Counted from the stretch's first letter, positions 45,540 through 55,381 are shown. The stretch is DNA of 64,000 nucleotides from Patescibacteria group bacterium (GCA_028687275.1 JAQUAK010000001.1:228213-292212), one strand, 5' to 3'. A program made the numbers and translations. Notes: generated by a model from the letters alone, not told the origin.

Positions 45540-46007
45540 ATGAGAGGAAAACAAGCCCCCAAGAGAGATATCGCTGGGGATAGTAAATACAACGATAAGA
45601 ATATTACCAAGCTGATCAATTATGTGATGCAAGATGGTAAGAAAACCGTAGCCGAACGTATCGTCTATGGAGCTTTTAATATTATCAAAGAAAAAACCAA
45701 ACAAGACCCTCGTCATGTGTTCAATAAGGCCATGAAGAAAGTTTCTCCTTTAGTTGAAGTGCGTGGTAAGCGTGTTGGTGGCGCCAACTATCAGGTTCCT
45801 TTTCAGGTTCGCGGGGAGCGTCGCTTTTACTTGGGTTGTAACTGGATTATTAAATCGGCTGATGCTCGACGTGGTCATTCAATGGCGGAAAAGATGTCAG
45901 CTGAGATTCTTGATGCTTCTAATGGCGAAGGTGCGGCTGTTAAGAAAAGGGAAGCTGTCCATAAGATGGCTGAGGCTAACAAAGCTTTCGCTCATTTTTC
46001 TAGATAA
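45540..46007 (+). CDS. rpsG: 30S ribosomal protein S7
   Basis: DGKKTVAERIVYGAF, EVRGKRVGGANYQVP. Confidence 0.95.
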   Translation: MRGKQAPKRDIAGDSKYNDKNITKLINYVMQDGKKTVAERIVYGAFNIIKEKTKQDPRHVFNKAMKKVSPLVEVRGKRVGGANYQVPFQVRGERRFYLGCNWIIKSADARRGHSMAEKMSAEILDASNGEGAAVKKREAVHKMAEANKAFAHFSR

Positions 46008-46061
46008 AAGTAAACCCATTATTTTTCAATTTAATAATTGTATAATTTGTAAATAAACTCT

Positions 46062-48143
46062 ATGCCTCGCGAATACTCTCTTGATAAAATTAGAAACATT
46101 GGTATCATGGCCCATATTGACGCAGGTAAAACAACCTTTACCGAGCGTGTTTTGTTTTACACTGGTAAAAAGCACAAGATTGGTGAAGTGCATGAAGGGG
46201 GTGCCGAAATGGATTGGATGGATCAAGAGAAAGAACGTGGTATTACTATTACTTCCGCTGCCACTACTTGTTTTTGGAAAGGCAATAAAATTAATATTAT
46301 TGACACCCCTGGGCACGTTGACTTTACCGTTGAGGTAGAGCGTTCTTTACGTGTACTTGATGGTGCTATAGCTGTGTTTGATGGTCAGGCTGGAGTTGAG
46401 CCACAGTCTGAAACCGTGTGGCGTCAGGCTGATAAATATCATGTACCTCGTCTTTGTTTTATTAATAAGATGGATAAGATGGGAGCTGATTTTTACATGA
46501 GCATGGAGTCCATTAAAAAACGCTTAAGCCCTAAAGCAGTAGCTGTTCAATTGCCTATTGGTGCTGAGGATAATTTAAGCGGCGTCATCGATTTATTAGA
46601 ACGTAAGGCTTATAGTTTTTCTGGAAGCTTTGGTGTAGATATTACAGAAATAGAAATGCCTGCTGATTTAAAGGATAAAGTTGAAGAATTTCGTTCTGAA
46701 TTGGTAGAAAGGGCTGTTGAGTGTGATGAAGCTGTGATGGAAAAATATTTAGGTGGTGAAGAAATTTCAATTGAAGAATTAAAAAGCTCTATTCGTAAGG
46801 GGGTTTTAGATAATGCTATTTATCCTGTTTTATGTGGTACCGCTTTGCAAAATATTGGTGTTCAGTTCGCTCTTGATGCGGTCAATGCCTATTTGCCATC
46901 ACCGTTAGACGTGCCTAAATTAGAGGCCACTGACTTAGATGATGAAGAAAAAAAATATACTGTAGCGGCAGACGACAACGCTCCTTTTGTAGGCTTTGCC
47001 TTTAAGATTGCTACTGACCCTTTTGTGGGTAAATTATGTTTTGTCCGTGTTTATCAGGGAGTTTTAAAAGCTGGTTCATACATAGTTAACTCTTCGACTG
47101 GTAATAAAGAGCGTATTGGACGTTTAGTGCGTATGCATTCTAATCATCGTGAAGAAATTAAAGAGATATATGCTGGTGATATTGCTGCTGTTATTGGTTT
47201 AAAAAATACTACTACTGGTAATACGCTTTGCGAAGAGGATCACCAAATGTTATTAGAATCAATTACTTTTCCAGAACCAGTTATTAAGATTGCGGTTGAG
47301 CCAAAGACAAAGGTTGATCAAGAAAAGATGGGCGTCGCTTTAGCTCGTTTGGCTGAAGAAGATCCAACTTTCCGTGTTGAGACTGATGAAGAAACTAATC
47401 AAGTATTGATTTCTGGCATGGGTGAATTACACTTAGATATTATTGTCGATCGTATGAAACGGGAGTTTGGAGTTGAAGCTAATGTTGGTAATCCTCAGGT
47501 TTCTTATCGTGAGACTATTACTCAAGTGGCTGAAGCAGAGCATAAGTTTATCAAACAGTCTGGTGGACGTGGTCAATATGGTCATTGTTTCTTAAGGGTT
47601 GAACCATCCGGTGAGGGTAAGGGTTATCAGTTCCTGGATGAGGTTAAGGGTGGCGTTATTCCAAAAGAATATATCCCTGCAATTGAAAAGGGTGTTAAGG
47701 AAGGTTTGCTCTCTGGTGTAGTTGCTGGCTATCCAATGGTTGATGTAACGGTTGCAGTTACCTATGGTAGCTATCATGAAGTTGACTCTTCTGAAATCGC
47801 CTTTAAAATGGCTGGTATATTTGCTTTTAAAGATGCTTGTCAGAAAGCCAAACCAATTTTATTAGAGCCAATAATGAAAGTTGAAGTAACCACCCCTGAA
47901 GATTATATGGGTAATATTATTGGTGACTTAAATTCAAAGCGTGGTCAAATTGAAGAAATGGTGGATCGTCCTAATAGTATTAAAGCTATTCAGGCCAAAG
48001 TACCTTTAGCAGAAATGTTTGGTTATGCCACTTCTTTGCGTTCAATGTCTCAGGGTCGCGCTAATTACACCATGGAATTTTTACATTACAGCGAAGTTCC
48101 ACGTAGCGTTCTAGAGCAGATTAAGGAAAAAAGTGGTAAATAG
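46062..48143 (+). CDS. fusA: elongation factor G
   Basis: [22 protein letters not shown]-domain motifs, full five-domain length. Confidence 0.96.
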   Translation: MPREYSLDKIRNIGIMAHIDAGKTTFTERVLFYTGKKHKIGEVHEGGAEMDWMDQEKERGITITSAATTCFWKGNKINIIDTPGHVDFTVEVERSLRVLDGAIAVFDGQAGVEPQSETVWRQADKYHVPRLCFINKMDKMGADFYMSMESIKKRLSPKAVAVQLPIGAEDNLSGVIDLLERKAYSFSGSFGVDITEIEMPADLKDKVEEFRSELVERAVECDEAVMEKYLGGEEISIEELKSSIRKGVLDNAIYPVLCGTALQNIGVQFALDAVNAYLPSPLDVPKLEATDLDDEEKKYTVAADDNAPFVGFAFKIATDPFVGKLCFVRVYQGVLKAGSYIVNSSTGNKERIGRLVRMHSNHREEIKEIYAGDIAAVIGLKNTTTGNTLCEEDHQMLLESITFPEPVIKIAVEPKTKVDQEKMGVALARLAEEDPTFRVETDEETNQVLISGMGELHLDIIVDRMKREFGVEANVGNPQVSYRETITQVAEAEHKFIKQSGGRGQYGHCFLRVEPSGEGKGYQFLDEVKGGVIPKEYIPAIEKGVKEGLLSGVVAGYPMVDVTVAVTYGSYHEVDSSEIAFKMAGIFAFKDACQKAKPILLEPIMKVEVTTPEDYMGNIIGDLNSKRGQIEEMVDRPNSIKAIQAKVPLAEMFGYATSLRSMSQGRANYTMEFLHYSEVPRSVLEQIKEKSGK

Positions 48144-48178
48144 TTGTACTAAAATTAATATAAGGAGGTTTTAAGCTT

Positions 48179-48505
48179 ATGCGTGAACAACTAAAAAAAG
48201 CTTTAAAACTAGCTAGAAAAAGTCATAATGCCGTCATCTTTTTTGACGCTGACAGTCCAGATGATACTTTTGCTATTTTGGACTTAGATTACTATGAAAA
48301 AATAGCAAGTCCTGAAATATTAGATAAAAAAGATGCTGTGTATAAGGCAAATTTGACAGATGAAGATGTAACTGATACAATAAATCGCGAAATCTGTGAC
48401 TGGAAAAATGAAGAAAATGTTGAATTTTTAGCTGAAGAAAGCAAAAGTAGAAAGAATTGGAATATACCCCCCAACATCAAAAATAAGGCAGAGAATAATA
48501 AATAG
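48179..48505 (+). CDS. hypothetical acidic protein inserted between fusA and tuf
   Basis: 108-aa ORF preceded by AAGGAGG (48162-48168); N-terminal AVIFFDADSPDDTFAILDLDYYEKI vaguely Phd/YefM-like; no family recognised. Confidence 0.6.
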   Translation: MREQLKKALKLARKSHNAVIFFDADSPDDTFAILDLDYYEKIASPEILDKKDAVYKANLTDEDVTDTINREICDWKNEENVEFLAEESKSRKNWNIPPNIKNKAENNK

Positions 48506-48536
48506 TTTACAAATTTAATAAATATTAATTAATTTC

Positions 48537-48581
48537 ACGGCTGGTTTCCTCTATAGGAAAGAAACCCCTTAAGGGGGCCGT
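48537..48581 (+). promoter_or_regulatory. compact structured element upstream of tuf
   Basis: Outer stem ACGGC/GCCGT (48537-48541 with 48577-48581) enclosing GGTTTC...GAAACC hairpin and CCCCTTAAGGGG palindrome; 12 nt before the tuf ATG. Confidence 0.4.
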
Positions 48582-48593
48582 AAGCATAAAAAC

Positions 48594-49781
48594 ATGGCAG
48601 AAAAATTTGAAAGAACAAAAACCCATGTCAATGTTGGCACTATCGGTCACGTTGATCATGGGAAAACTACCTTAACCGCAGCAATGCTTGCAGTATTTGG
48701 CGCTAAAGGTATGAAAGCCTCCACAAAAGGAGTCGGTGAAATTGATGCAGCCCCTGAAGAGCGCGAACGTGGTATTACTATCGCGACTGCTCACGTTGAG
48801 TATGAATCAGACAAGCGTCATTATGCTCACGTTGATTGTCCTGGTCACGCTGATTATGTAAAAAACATGATCACTGGTGCTGCTCAAATGGACGGAGCTA
48901 TCTTAGTGGTTTCCGCTACTGATGGACCTATGCCTCAAACTCGCGAGCACATCTTATTAGCTCGTCAGGTTGGTGTACCTCACATTGTTGTTTTCTTAAA
49001 CAAATGTGATATGGTTGAAGATCAAGAATTAATTGATCTAGTTGAAGAGGAAGTTCGTGATTTATTAAAGAAATACGAATTCCCTGGAGACACTACTCCA
49101 ATTATTCGTGGTAGCGCTTTGAAGGCTTTGGAAAATCCAACTGGACCTGATGCTGAACCAATCATGGCTTTAATGAAAGCTGTTGATGAGTTTATTCCAG
49201 ATCCACAACGTGATACAGACTTACCTTTCTTAATGCCAATTGAAGATATTTTTTCTATTGAAGGACGTGGTACTGTGGTAACTGGTCGTATTGAGCGTGG
49301 CGTTATTAAAGTTGGTGAAGAAGTTGAAATTGTTGGTTTAATGGATACTAAGAAGACTACTATTACTGGCGTAGAGATGTTTAACAAATCTTTGGATCGC
49401 GGTGAAGCTGGTGACAATGCTGGTTTATTACTTCGTGGTACTAAGAAGAATGAAGTAGAACGTGGTCAGGTTTTATGTAAACCAGGTAGCGTTACTCCTC
49501 ACACTGAGTTTGAAGCTCAAATCTACGTTTTGTCTAAGGATGAAGGTGGTCGTCACAAACCTTTCTTTAAGGGTTATAAACCACAATTCTATATCAGAAC
49601 AACTGACGTTACTGGTGAAGTAGAATTACCAGCAGGCACAGAGATGGTTATGCCTGGTGATACTGTTACTATCAATGTTAAATTGATTTCCCCAGTTGCT
49701 TTAGAGGAAAAACAACGCTTTGCTATCCGTGAGGGTGGACGCACTGTTGGTGCTGGTGCTGTTGTGAAGATTACTAAATAA
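48594..49781 (+). CDS. tuf: elongation factor Tu
   Basis: [29 protein letters not shown]. Confidence 0.97.
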   Translation: MAEKFERTKTHVNVGTIGHVDHGKTTLTAAMLAVFGAKGMKASTKGVGEIDAAPEERERGITIATAHVEYESDKRHYAHVDCPGHADYVKNMITGAAQMDGAILVVSATDGPMPQTREHILLARQVGVPHIVVFLNKCDMVEDQELIDLVEEEVRDLLKKYEFPGDTTPIIRGSALKALENPTGPDAEPIMALMKAVDEFIPDPQRDTDLPFLMPIEDIFSIEGRGTVVTGRIERGVIKVGEEVEIVGLMDTKKTTITGVEMFNKSLDRGEAGDNAGLLLRGTKKNEVERGQVLCKPGSVTPHTEFEAQIYVLSKDEGGRHKPFFKGYKPQFYIRTTDVTGEVELPAGTEMVMPGDTVTINVKLISPVALEEKQRFAIREGGRTVGAGAVVKITK

Positions 49782-49793
49782 GTTGTCACTTAG

Positions 49794-49822
49794 GTCCGCT
49801 CTTTTTTCTTTAAAGAGCGGAC
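49794..49822 (+). terminator. 11-bp hairpin after tuf (weak/partial terminator or processing site)
   Basis: GTCCGCTCTTT-7 nt-AAAGAGCGGAC; downstream tract only moderately T-rich. Confidence 0.4.
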
Positions 49823-49871
49823 TCGTAGTGTTTATTTATTACACTTTTAAAAAATAACCGTACATTTCTCT

Positions 49872-50210
49872 ATGTCAGAAACTAAGAAAGACGAGAAGGA
49901 TTATAAGCAAAGAATCCGAATTAAGATTAAGGCTTTTGATCACAAGATTATTGATCAGTCCACAAAGACTATCGTTGATACAATTGAACGTAGCGACGCT
50001 AATTTTTTTGGACCAATTCCATTGCCAACTGAAAAAAGGAAGTATACAGTCAACAGCTCTACTTTTGTGCATAAAGATGCTCGTGATCAGTATGAAATGC
50101 GTATTCATAAACGCATCATCGATATCATTGATCCAAGCGGAAAAACCATTGAAGATTTGACAAATTTAAATTTGCCAGCAGGGGTTGACGTGGAGATAAA
50201 AATGCAGTAA
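49872..50210 (+). CDS. rpsJ: 30S ribosomal protein S10
   Basis: [34 protein letters not shown]. Confidence 0.95.
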   Translation: MSETKKDEKDYKQRIRIKIKAFDHKIIDQSTKTIVDTIERSDANFFGPIPLPTEKRKYTVNSSTFVHKDARDQYEMRIHKRIIDIIDPSGKTIEDLTNLNLPAGVDVEIKMQ

Positions 50211-50251
50211 AATAAAATCAAATATTGATTATTGCCTCTTAGGAGTTGACA

Positions 50252-50349
50252 GGTAACTCTCACGGGATATCCCGTAAGAAAGTGCCAGCCGATAAATAAA
50301 AGGCTTAGGGAGAAAACAGCCATAAAAAACAATAAAAATTGAGAGCACC
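50252..50349 (+). ncRNA. candidate structured RNA (leader/attenuator sensor or small RNA) in rpsJ-rplC spacer
   Basis: Long-range helix GGTaaCTCTCA (50252-50262)/TGAGAGcACC (50340-50349) enclosing palindromic hairpin CGGGATATCCCG (50263-50274) and AGCC-11 nt-GGCT (50287-50305); hand-folded only. Confidence 0.4.
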
Positions 50350-50383
50350 GTTTTTGCGCAATTTTTGCTTTTGTTTTGTTATG

Positions 50384-50410
50384 CTGGTAAACTTACCAGT
50401 TTTTTGTTTT
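50384..50410 (+). terminator. intrinsic terminator 6 nt upstream of rplC start
   Basis: CTGGTA-AACT-TACCAG followed by TTTTTTGTTTT. Confidence 0.65.
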
Positions 50411-50416
50411 AAAAAT

Positions 50417-51235
50417 ATGAAATTCACTTTAGGAAAAAAAATGCAGATGACCCAAATTTGGGATAATGATAAAGTACAAGCTGTTACTCCGGTTTTGGCT
50501 GGTCCTTGCGTTATCACTCAGGTTAAAACTGTAAGTAAAGATAAATATTCAGCTTTACAGATTTCTTTTGGCGCTCGTAAAGCTAAGAATATTAAGAAGC
50601 CTCAATTAGGTCATTTTAAGAAAGCTGGTGTTTCACCAATGCATGTTCGTGAATTCCGCACTGATAAAGACTCAGAGGTAAAAGTTGGTGATACTATTTC
50701 TTTAGCTACTTTTGCAGCTGGTGACGTCATTTCTGTGACTGGAACATCTAAGGGTCGCGGTTTCCAGGGCGTAGTTAAACGTCATGGTTTTAAAGGTGGT
50801 CATAAGAGTCATGGTAATAAAGATCAGTTACGTATGCCTGGTTCTATTGGTCCTAAGGGTCCAGCTCATGTTTTTAAAGGTATGAAAATGGGTGGACGTA
50901 TGGGCAATGAACGTATAACCGTAACAAATCTAATTATTAGTTCAGTTGATTTAGAAAATAATATTATTTATGTTAAGGGTGCGGTTCCTGGAGCTATTGA
51001 TGGACTACTCTTAATTAAATCTCAGGGCGAATTAGTAATAACAGCGCCTAAGACAGAGCTTGTAATTGAAGAAAAAATTGAAGCCGCTGAAGAGGTTAAG
51101 GCTGATAATGTCGAGGAAGTAGTTGAAGAAATTAAAGTTGAAGAGTCTAAAGAAGCTGAGCCAGTTGCTAAAACTGTTGAGGCTGAATCTTCAAAAGATA
51201 CTAAAGAAAATAAAGAAGAGGCTCCGGCCGCTTAA
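50417..51235 (+). CDS. rplC: 50S ribosomal protein L3 with about 65-aa acidic C-terminal extension
   Basis: Start moved to MKFTLGKKMQMTQIWD; GTSKGRGFQGVVKRHGF; tail EEKIEAAEEVKADNVEEVVEE... Confidence 0.94.
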   Translation: MKFTLGKKMQMTQIWDNDKVQAVTPVLAGPCVITQVKTVSKDKYSALQISFGARKAKNIKKPQLGHFKKAGVSPMHVREFRTDKDSEVKVGDTISLATFAAGDVISVTGTSKGRGFQGVVKRHGFKGGHKSHGNKDQLRMPGSIGPKGPAHVFKGMKMGGRMGNERITVTNLIISSVDLENNIIYVKGAVPGAIDGLLLIKSQGELVITAPKTELVIEEKIEAAEEVKADNVEEVVEEIKVEESKEAEPVAKTVEAESSKDTKENKEEAPAA

Positions 51236-51260
51236 TCAATATAAGTCCGGTATAAATTAT

Positions 51261-51914
51261 ATGTCCATCAAAGTAAACGTTTATAATCAAAGTGCAGTTA
51301 AGGTGAAAGACCTCGAGCTTTCAGCCAAAGTTTTTGGCATTAAGGCTAATGCTGATCTTTTGCACCAAGCTGTTATCACTCAACAGGCTAATGAACGCCA
51401 AGTGTTAGCACATACGAAAGGGCGTGGCGAGGTCAGAGGTGGTGGTAAAAAACCTTGGAAGCAAAAGGGTACTGGTCGTGCTCGTGTTGGCTCAAGTCGT
51501 TCTCCAATTTGGATTGGTGGTGGTGTAACTTTCGGACCAACTAAAGATCGCAATTTTTCTAAAAAAATGAATAAGAAGATGCGTCAGAAAGCGGTGATGA
51601 TGGCCTTATCTGATAAGGTTGCTCAGTCCAGTTTGGTTGTTATTGATACTTTGAAAATGAAGGAATTTAAAACTAAACAGTTTGTAGCTTTACTTACTTC
51701 TTTTGAAAAAGAAGTTTTACCAGCAAATCGTCGTGGTTTATTGGTAATTAACAGTGAGAAAGATGAAAAGACAAGATATTCTGGACGTAATTTAAAGGAA
51801 GTTACCATCATTAACCCAGAAAATATCAACATTGTTGATTTATTACACTCTCGCCAAATCCTTATCAGTGAAGAGGGTTTAACTGCTTTAGAAAAAAAGT
51901 ATTCTAAAGAATAA
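51261..51914 (+). CDS. rplD: 50S ribosomal protein L4
   Basis: Start moved to MSIKVNVYN; GRGEVRGGGKKPWKQKGTGRARVGSSRSPIW. Confidence 0.95.
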   Translation: MSIKVNVYNQSAVKVKDLELSAKVFGIKANADLLHQAVITQQANERQVLAHTKGRGEVRGGGKKPWKQKGTGRARVGSSRSPIWIGGGVTFGPTKDRNFSKKMNKKMRQKAVMMALSDKVAQSSLVVIDTLKMKEFKTKQFVALLTSFEKEVLPANRRGLLVINSEKDEKTRYSGRNLKEVTIINPENINIVDLLHSRQILISEEGLTALEKKYSKE

Positions 51915-51937
51915 TAATCTAGAATCTATTTAATCAT

Positions 51938-52435
51938 ATGGCTTTATTTGGAGCAAAACAAACTACCGCAAAAAAAACTACTAAAGAGGATTCTAAGAAT
52001 TCTGAGCTTAAAGTTGAGAAACTCGATACTAAAGATTCTAAGAAGGTAGTTGCAAAAGAATCAGAAGCAAGCATGAAAGATTTGTATGCCGCTGAAAACG
52101 CTACTAAGAAAACAGCTAAGGCTGGTAAGTCTGCTAGCACTTCACGTTTTGACGGCGCTTTCCGTGTTTTAGTTAAACCTTTAGTTACAGAAAAGGCTAC
52201 TGATTTAAGCGCGTCTAACAAATATGTCTTTGTCATTACGAAACCCGCTAATAAGATTGAAGTGGCTAAAGCAGTTTATGCTGTCTACGGAGTAAAGCCT
52301 GTTAGTGTTAATATTGTTTCTATGAAAGGAAAAGTAGTTACTCGCGGTCGCATTAAAGGACAGAGAAAAGATTGGAAGAAAGCGATTGTGACTTTAAAAA
52401 AGGGCGATAGCATTAAGATTTACGAAGGAGTTTAA
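51938..52435 (+). CDS. rplW: 50S ribosomal protein L23 with about 70-aa N-terminal K/E/A-rich extension
   Basis: Core LVKPLVTEKAT...KFVF...KKAIVTLKKG; no Met between Met1 and the core except within the low-complexity tract. Confidence 0.92.
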   Translation: MALFGAKQTTAKKTTKEDSKNSELKVEKLDTKDSKKVVAKESEASMKDLYAAENATKKTAKAGKSASTSRFDGAFRVLVKPLVTEKATDLSASNKYVFVITKPANKIEVAKAVYAVYGVKPVSVNIVSMKGKVVTRGRIKGQRKDWKKAIVTLKKGDSIKIYEGV

Positions 52436-52462
52436 TTTCTGTAAAACATTAATTGATTACAT

Positions 52463-53305
52463 ATGGGTATCAAAAAAGTAAGAGCAAATACTCCTGGAAG
52501 ACGCCACGCCACTTTTGATGATTGTGCTGACGTTACTAAAACTATTCCAGAGAAACGCTTGATTGTCATCAAAAAGAAAACCAGCGGCCGTAATAGCCAA
52601 GGTAAAATAACTGTTCGTCATCGTGGTGGTGGAGAAAAGAGATATATTCGTTTAGTTGATTTTAAACGGGATAAATTTGATATTCCAGCTACTGTTGCTT
52701 CGATTGAATATGATCCAAATCGTGGCGCTCGTTTAGCTCTGCTTAATTATGCTGATGGTGAAAAACGTTATATTATTGCTCCGGTTGATTTAGGCGTTGG
52801 TGATAAGATATTAAGTTCTAAGACTTTAATTGAAATAAAGGCTGGTAACGCTATGCCAGTTGAGTTTATCCCTGCCGGTGTAGCTATTAATAATTTAGAA
52901 TTTGAAGCTGGACGCGGAGCTAGAATTGCTCGTGGTGCTGGTAATGCCGTCTTTGTCATGGGTGTTGAAGGTAAGTATGCTCAGGTTAAAATGCCTAGTG
53001 GTGAAATTCGTTTGATTAAGAAAGAATGCATGTGTACAGTTGGACAGGTTAGTAATCCTGATAAACGTCATATCGTTTTAGGTAAAGCTGGTCGTAGTCG
53101 TCACATGGGCATTAGACCAACTGTTCGTGGTAGCGCTATGAACCCGGTTGATCATCCACATGGTGGTGGTGAAGGTAATCAGTCTATTGGTTTAAAACAT
53201 CCAAAGACACCATGGGGCAAGCCAGCCTTAGGCGTAAAGACAAGAAAGAAGAAGAGGTCTTCTTCCAAATTAATTATCAAACGCCGTGCCAAGAAGAGAA
53301 GATAG
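52463..53305 (+). CDS. rplB: 50S ribosomal protein L2
   Basis: GRNSQGKITVRHRGGG, MNPVDHPHGGGEG. Confidence 0.97.
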   Translation: MGIKKVRANTPGRRHATFDDCADVTKTIPEKRLIVIKKKTSGRNSQGKITVRHRGGGEKRYIRLVDFKRDKFDIPATVASIEYDPNRGARLALLNYADGEKRYIIAPVDLGVGDKILSSKTLIEIKAGNAMPVEFIPAGVAINNLEFEAGRGARIARGAGNAVFVMGVEGKYAQVKMPSGEIRLIKKECMCTVGQVSNPDKRHIVLGKAGRSRHMGIRPTVRGSAMNPVDHPHGGGEGNQSIGLKHPKTPWGKPALGVKTRKKKRSSSKLIIKRRAKKRR

Positions 53306-53350
53306 AATTCAGGTGCGTAGACAATAATTTATCCAATTATCTAAAAGTAT

Positions 53351-53638
53351 ATGTCAAGAAGTTTAAAAAAAGGTCCATACGTCAATCCTCGAATCTTAAA
53401 GAAGGTTCAAGAATTGAAACCGGGCGACAAAACAATTATCAAAGTTTGGGATCGTGCTTGCACAGTTGTGCCAGCTATGGTTGGTCTTACCATTGGTGTT
53501 CACAATGGTAGAACTCATTTCCCAGTTTATATTGTTGAAAACATGATTGGTCATCGTTTGGGTGAATTCGCTATGACAAGAAAATTCGTTACTCATGGCG
53601 GTAAGATGGCAAAGGCTCAAGCTAAGGGCACCAAATAA
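53351..53638 (+). CDS. rpsS: 30S ribosomal protein S19
   Basis: [27 protein letters not shown]. Confidence 0.96.
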   Translation: MSRSLKKGPYVNPRILKKVQELKPGDKTIIKVWDRACTVVPAMVGLTIGVHNGRTHFPVYIVENMIGHRLGEFAMTRKFVTHGGKMAKAQAKGTK

Positions 53639-53701
53639 TTAAAATGCGAGACGGATGTGGGCTAAGAATTGCTTGGCCAAATCTGCCGATAAGCGAATCC
53701 T

Positions 53702-54229
53702 ATGGAAATTAAAGCAAATCTAAATCATTTAAGAATGTCTCCACGCAAAGTGCGTTTAGTTATTGATGTTATCCGCAAAATGCCGATAGACAAAGCTTTG
53801 GATCAATTGCAATTTTTAAATAAATTAGCATCCGATCCAGTTAAAAAGCTTTTGGAATCAGCTATTGCTAATGCTGATCATAATTTTAGTATTGAACGGA
53901 GTAATTTATATATTAAAGAAATCAAAGCTGATGAGGCGGTTACCTTAAAGCGTTGGATGCCTAGAGCTCATGGTCGAGCTACAGTCTTGCGCAAAAGAGC
54001 TTGTCACATTGAAGTTACTTTAGCCGAAATTGTTGAAAGCGGTAAGAAAACTGCCCGTAAAAGTAAAATAGAGGCTCCGGTTAAATTAGAACAGGTAGCA
54101 GCTGATGCTGAAAAGAGAGCTAAGAAAGATGTGAAGAAAGAAGATAAAAAGGCTAATGCCAAGGCTAATGCTGATACTTCCGGCAAAGGCTTCACCACTA
54201 AGAATTTTAATCGTAAAAGCGGAGTATAG
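53702..54229 (+). CDS. rplV: 50S ribosomal protein L22 with about 60-aa K/A-rich C-terminal extension
   Basis: LRMSPRKVRLVIDVIR, RAHGRATVLRKRACHIEV. Confidence 0.94.
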   Translation: MEIKANLNHLRMSPRKVRLVIDVIRKMPIDKALDQLQFLNKLASDPVKKLLESAIANADHNFSIERSNLYIKEIKADEAVTLKRWMPRAHGRATVLRKRACHIEVTLAEIVESGKKTARKSKIEAPVKLEQVAADAEKRAKKDVKKEDKKANAKANADTSGKGFTTKNFNRKSGV

Positions 54230-54265
54230 TATTTTTGCTAAAGATTAATACGAAACATAAATAGT

Positions 54266-54952
54266 ATGAGTAAAAAAGTAAATCCAAAAGTAATGCGTTT
54301 AGGCATTACCAAAACCTGGCCATCAATTTGGTTTGAGAGTGGTAATAGCTACATTAAGAATATTCAACAGGATATTGTTATTCGTAAATACCTTATCAAA
54401 ACCATGCGCGAAGCCGGTATTGATCGAGTGGAAATTATTCGCAGTTTGAATAAGATTACGATTGATATTTGGACAGCTAAACCCGGTTTGATTATCGGAC
54501 GTGGTGGTAATGGTGTGGAAGAATTGAAAAAAACTATTCATGATAAATTTTTGAAGAATTTCCGCATGGGTGAAATCAATTTAAACATCAAGGAAGTTAC
54601 TAGACCTCAGTTGAGCTCACAAATTGCCGTTCAATCCGCCATCTTAGACTTAGAAAAACGCATGCCTTTCCGTAAGGTAATGAAACAGATGATTGGACGC
54701 GTTGAAAGAGCTGGTGCTTTAGGTGTTAAGGTTCAGATAAGTGGACGTTTAAATGGCGCTGAAATTGCTCGTACTGAAAAATTAGTTTCTGGTAAAGTCC
54801 CATTACAGACTCTACGTGCCGATATTGATTACGCTCGTGGCTTTGCACAAACAACCTATGGTACAATTGGTATCAAAGTTTGGATCTATAAGGGAGAAGT
54901 TTTTGAAAAAGATAAAGAAACTAAGGGTGAATTAATTACTTCACACAAATAA
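54266..54952 (+). CDS. rpsC: 30S ribosomal protein S3
   Basis: KVNPKVMRLG, KH domain IIGRGG, RLNGAEIAR. Confidence 0.96.
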   Translation: MSKKVNPKVMRLGITKTWPSIWFESGNSYIKNIQQDIVIRKYLIKTMREAGIDRVEIIRSLNKITIDIWTAKPGLIIGRGGNGVEELKKTIHDKFLKNFRMGEINLNIKEVTRPQLSSQIAVQSAILDLEKRMPFRKVMKQMIGRVERAGALGVKVQISGRLNGAEIARTEKLVSGKVPLQTLRADIDYARGFAQTTYGTIGIKVWIYKGEVFEKDKETKGELITSHK

Positions 54953-54976
54953 AAATTTAAAGATTTTCATACCGAT

Positions 54977-55381
54977 ATGTTAATGCCAAAGAAAACTAAA
55001 TATCGTAAAGATCATAAGCGTCGTCGCGGTGGTGTAGCCTCACGTATGCTTGAAGTAAGCTTCGGTAGTTATGGCTTAAAAGCTATTACTGAGCACTGGG
55101 TTACTTCTCGTCAGATTGAATCAGCTCGTCGGGTGATGACTCGTTATACTAAGAAAACTGGTAAAATGTGGATTCGTATTTTTCCTGATAAGCCAGTTAC
55201 CGCTCATGGTGGTGAAATGCCTATGGGTAAAGGTAAGGGTGCGGTTGATCATTACGTCGCTATTGTTAAACCAGGTACAGTTATGTTTGAGATGGAAGGC
55301 ATTGAGGAGTCTGAGGCAAGGGAGGCTATGACTTTAGCTTCTCATAAATTACCTTTAAAGGCTGTTTTCATCAGTAAATAA
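54977..55381 (+). CDS. rplP: 50S ribosomal protein L16
   Basis: MLMPKKTKYRK, IESARRVMTRY, PMGKGKG. Confidence 0.96.
   Translation: MLMPKKTKYRKDHKRRRGGVASRMLEVSFGSYGLKAITEHWVTSRQIESARRVMTRYTKKTGKMWIRIFPDKPVTAHGGEMPMGKGKGAVDHYVAIVKPGTVMFEMEGIEESEAREAMTLASHKLPLKAVFISK

Noticed and set aside
45754-46316. 100-aa (+) and 96-aa (-) ORFs overlapping the rpsG end and the fusA start
   Set aside because: These are alternative-frame or antisense readings of highly conserved S7 and EF-G coding sequence and have no independent signals.
49022-49417. 131-aa minus-strand ORF inside tuf
   Set aside because: It is antisense to EF-Tu and is a shadow ORF with S/P/I-rich nonsense composition.
36795-49789. TTGTCA(C/T) motif shortly after the stop codons of rpsK (36795), rpsD (37468) and tuf (49783)
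   Set aside because: There are only three occurrences of a 6-7-mer in an AT-rich sequence. The motif also occurs inside coding regions (for example 59569), and no consistent partner motif is seen. It is likely coincidence, although two copies form the 5' edge of hairpins.
50246-50251. Consensus TTGACA inside the rpsJ-rplC spacer as an internal promoter
   Set aside because: No acceptable -10 hexamer lies 16-18 nt downstream (ATCCCG/TATCCC). The hexamer is probably fortuitous or part of the RNA structure.
50339-50416. ORF-track N-terminal 26 codons of rplC (MRAPFLRNFCFCF...)
   Set aside because: This is hydrophobic nonsense that runs through the terminator hairpin. The conserved L3 N-terminus starts at MKFTLGKKMQMTQIWD (ATG 50417) with the usual -1 T context.
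50211-50416. Spacer as SRP (4.5S) RNA, 6S RNA or a tRNA
   Set aside because: I could not find the conserved SRP domain IV motif (GGAA tetraloop with flanking AGCA/GGA symmetric loop), a 6S-type long interrupted helix, or tRNA T-loop/cloverleaf features by eye. A covariance-model scan would be needed to exclude them formally.
51123-51260. ORF-track N-terminal 46 codons of rplD overlapping the rplC tail
   Set aside because: This is an alternative-frame reading of the K/E-rich rplC extension. The conserved L4 N-terminus starts at MSIKVNVYN (ATG 51261).
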